From a virus (lineage: Duplodnaviria; Caudoviricetes), in IMG/VR virus record IMGVR_UViG_3300033067_000991, positions 1,338-65,337 of that record: a stretch of DNA of 64,000 bases; one strand, 5' to 3'. The translations under genes and the position numbers were made by a program. Every line of letters begins with the position of its first letter. The stretch's first letter is position 1. Positions 62,077 to 64,000 of the stretch are shown one piece after another. The notes under the pieces are model-generated. The model did no database searches, was not told where the DNA came from, and worked only from the letters and a program-made list of their open reading frames with translations.

Positions 62077-62271
62077 ATGATTACCCCGCTCGAAACCCTA
62101 AAACACTGGCGCCGGCAAGCCCGCCTGCGCCGCATCGAGGTAGATATCGACCTATTGGAAGCCGATATCGAAGACTGCCGGCGAATGATCGCCGTACTGC
62201 TCGCACAAAAGGAACGGATTGAGCGCGAGCAGGAAGTATCTGTGATGACTTGCGAAGTGTCGGGAGGTTGA
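62077..62271 (+). CDS. Coiled-coil hypothetical protein
   Basis: GGAG SD; start re-called. Confidence 0.6.
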   Translation: MITPLETLKHWRRQARLRRIEVDIDLLEADIEDCRRMIAVLLAQKERIEREQEVSVMTCEVSGG

Positions 62272-62272
62272 A

Positions 62273-62707
62273 ATGGATCAGTATAGATTAGAGCCGTTTG
62301 ATCTTGAGCGAGCCTTGGCGGGAGAGCCGGTATGCGATTGTCACGGGAATGATATTGATGAGCTTACGCATTTCAAGACCGTTGATCCTGATGGCTTCTG
62401 CATCGCCGCAGTATTGGGTGTGGGCGAGAATGCGCGCCTGCTGGTGTATTCGCTTTATCAGGCCCGCAGGGATATGCGAATCAAAACCACCATCAAGGCG
62501 CACCCGTTCGACCCTGAGAAATTATCAGAGGGCTGGATTGTGCGCACCGATGACGGACGGGCAGTTACGCAACTCACCGTGTTTGATATAGATGCCCCAT
62601 ACAGAGTCTACGGAGTCGTAGGCGGACAGTTGGCGTACTGGGATATCAAGGGGGCATGGTACTACTCTGGTGTGCCGCAAAACCTAGTTATGTACCCACC
62701 CGAATGA
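62273..62707 (+). CDS. Protein with two internal repeats (PFDLE.AL.G..V..DG..V.QLT.F)
   Basis: GGAGG SD; visible internal duplication. Confidence 0.75.
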   Translation: MDQYRLEPFDLERALAGEPVCDCHGNDIDELTHFKTVDPDGFCIAAVLGVGENARLLVYSLYQARRDMRIKTTIKAHPFDPEKLSEGWIVRTDDGRAVTQLTVFDIDAPYRVYGVVGGQLAYWDIKGAWYYSGVPQNLVMYPPE

Positions 62708-62853
62708 TGAGCAGCGCCCAGCCGGCCTGGCGCCAGTAAAGCCGGACGCGGGACGGGTGGCCTGCTCGGTTGATAAACCCTCCCAGGAATCTGCGAGCCC
62801 GCGCGGCCCGGCGGCCGACTCCGCCGGCATTATTTCAATCCATAGGAAAAACC

Positions 62854-63627
62854 ATGGCCATATCACTACAAAGCCTGCAAAAACACACCGCCAAACCCCC
62901 GCGCATCATCGTGTACGGGGATGCCGGACTGGGCAAGACCACCTTTGCCGTATCGGCGCCGAAACCGGTTGTCATCCAGACCGAAGACGGCCTGGGCACG
63001 CTCGACGCTACGGCCTTTCCGCTCGCCGTATCGTTTGACGATGTAATGGACGCGCTGACCGCGCTCTATACCGAGGACCACGACTATCAAACCCTGGTGC
63101 TCGATTCGCTGGACTGGCTGGAACCGCTGATTTGGCAGCGGGTGTGCCTCGATAACAAGCTGGAAACGATAGAAAAGCTGCCTTATGGGCGCGGATATGT
63201 CGAAGCCGTCTATCACTGGCGCGCGTTTTTCGATGGCATTACCGCGCTGCGCGACTCGAAGAACATGGCCGTCATCATGACTGCCCACAACGAAATTCGG
63301 CGCGTGGAAGATCCCACCTTGCCGGCCTATGACCGGCACGACCTGAAGCTGCATAAGCGGGCCGCCGCGGTCGCCGAAGAGTTTGCCGACATCATCCTGT
63401 TCGCCGCGATGCAAACCAACCTGGTCAGTGAGGACGTCGGCTTCAACCAGAAGCGCATCCGCACCACCACGACCGGTCAGCGCGTGATGCACACCACCGG
63501 CCAGCCGGCGTTTCTCGCCAAAACGCGATTTCCCCTGCCCCCCGTACTGCCGCTGGCCTGGGAGGCATTATCCGAAGCTATGACAGCGGCCATACCTCAA
63601 CCCACCACTACCACCAAAGGCAAATAA
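62854..63627 (+). CDS. AAA_24 / Sak4-like recombination ATPase
   Basis: IIVYGDAGLGKTTFA, TLVLDSLDWLE, AKTRF. Confidence 0.9.
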   Translation: MAISLQSLQKHTAKPPRIIVYGDAGLGKTTFAVSAPKPVVIQTEDGLGTLDATAFPLAVSFDDVMDALTALYTEDHDYQTLVLDSLDWLEPLIWQRVCLDNKLETIEKLPYGRGYVEAVYHWRAFFDGITALRDSKNMAVIMTAHNEIRRVEDPTLPAYDRHDLKLHKRAAAVAEEFADIILFAAMQTNLVSEDVGFNQKRIRTTTTGQRVMHTTGQPAFLAKTRFPLPPVLPLAWEALSEAMTAAIPQPTTTTKGK

Positions 63628-63629
63628 CC

Positions 63630-64000
63630 ATGAGCACTTTTTTGAACTTTGACGCCACTCAAGTAGACCCGCGCGATGAGTTCCAGCCGATCCCGGCCGG
63701 CAGCTATCACGTCATCATCACCGAGAGCGAAATCCGCGACACCAAGAACGGTGCCGGCAACTACCTGCGCCTCACGTTGGAAATCCAGGACGGCGAGTAT
63801 CAGGGCCGCAAGCTCTGGCACAACGTCACCCTGCAGAACCAGAACGCCACCGCCGTCAGCATCGGCCAGCGCCACTTGAGCCAGATTTGTCATGCCGTGA
63901 ATGTACTGCAGGTAGGCGACTCGCAAGACCTGCACTACAAGCCGCTGATTGCCGTGGTCAAGGTCCGCAAGGGTGACGGCCAGTATGGCGACAGCAACGA
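63630..64000 (+). CDS. DUF669-family ssDNA-binding protein, 3' truncated
   Basis: FQPIPAG.Y..I..SE..TK.G.G.YL.L..EI.DGEYQGRK. Confidence 0.88.
   Translation, partial: MSTFLNFDATQVDPRDEFQPIPAGSYHVIITESEIRDTKNGAGNYLRLTLEIQDGEYQGRKLWHNVTLQNQNATAVSIGQRHLSQICHAVNVLQVGDSQDLHYKPLIAVVKVRKGDGQYGDSN

Larger units (their letters stand above)
1..64000. mobile_element. Temperate tailed phage / prophage genome (most of it); no integrase or att site seen in window
   Basis: Terminase, portal, capsid, lysozyme, cI/cro, Q-like, RusA, primase and recombination genes in lambdoid order; no host housekeeping genes. Confidence 0.97.

Noticed and set aside
1-64000. tRNA, rRNA, integrase, IS elements, SOS box
   Set aside because: None recognised by eye; tRNAscan and motif scans were not run

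Overview
The whole window is one temperate, lambdoid-regulated tailed phage or prophage genome. It is GC-rich and probably infects a proteobacterium. Both ends fall in the early region, and I saw no integrase, host genes, tRNA, rRNA or CRISPR array. Left to right it contains: accessory genes, a relic replication origin, and a c4-like RNA with a Bro-N antirepressor; a 3916-aa polyvalent virion protein and two other probable ejection/tail proteins; tail genes; a lysis cassette interrupted by a DNA methyltransferase; head genes (adaptor, capsid, scaffold, GroES, second methyltransferase, portal, terminase); a late promoter with terminator; an oppositely oriented four-gene operon; Q and nin-like genes, RusA, a Dda-like helicase, an iteron origin and a primase-polymerase; two Cro-like genes and cI with operators; and the pL operon with recombination genes. 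The best lead is 48584-49835: a near-consensus sigma70 promoter with an inverted-repeat operator, three small unknown genes and a clear Aca1 homologue, i.e. a candidate anti-CRISPR operon. Other leads are a 1978-aa protein whose proline-rich and helical repeats are length-matched like a PPII/alpha-helix stalk, three probable overprinted genes inside the giant gene, and two methyltransferases with shared flanks but different low-GC middles. All family assignments come from motifs recognised by eye and from memory; no searches were run.
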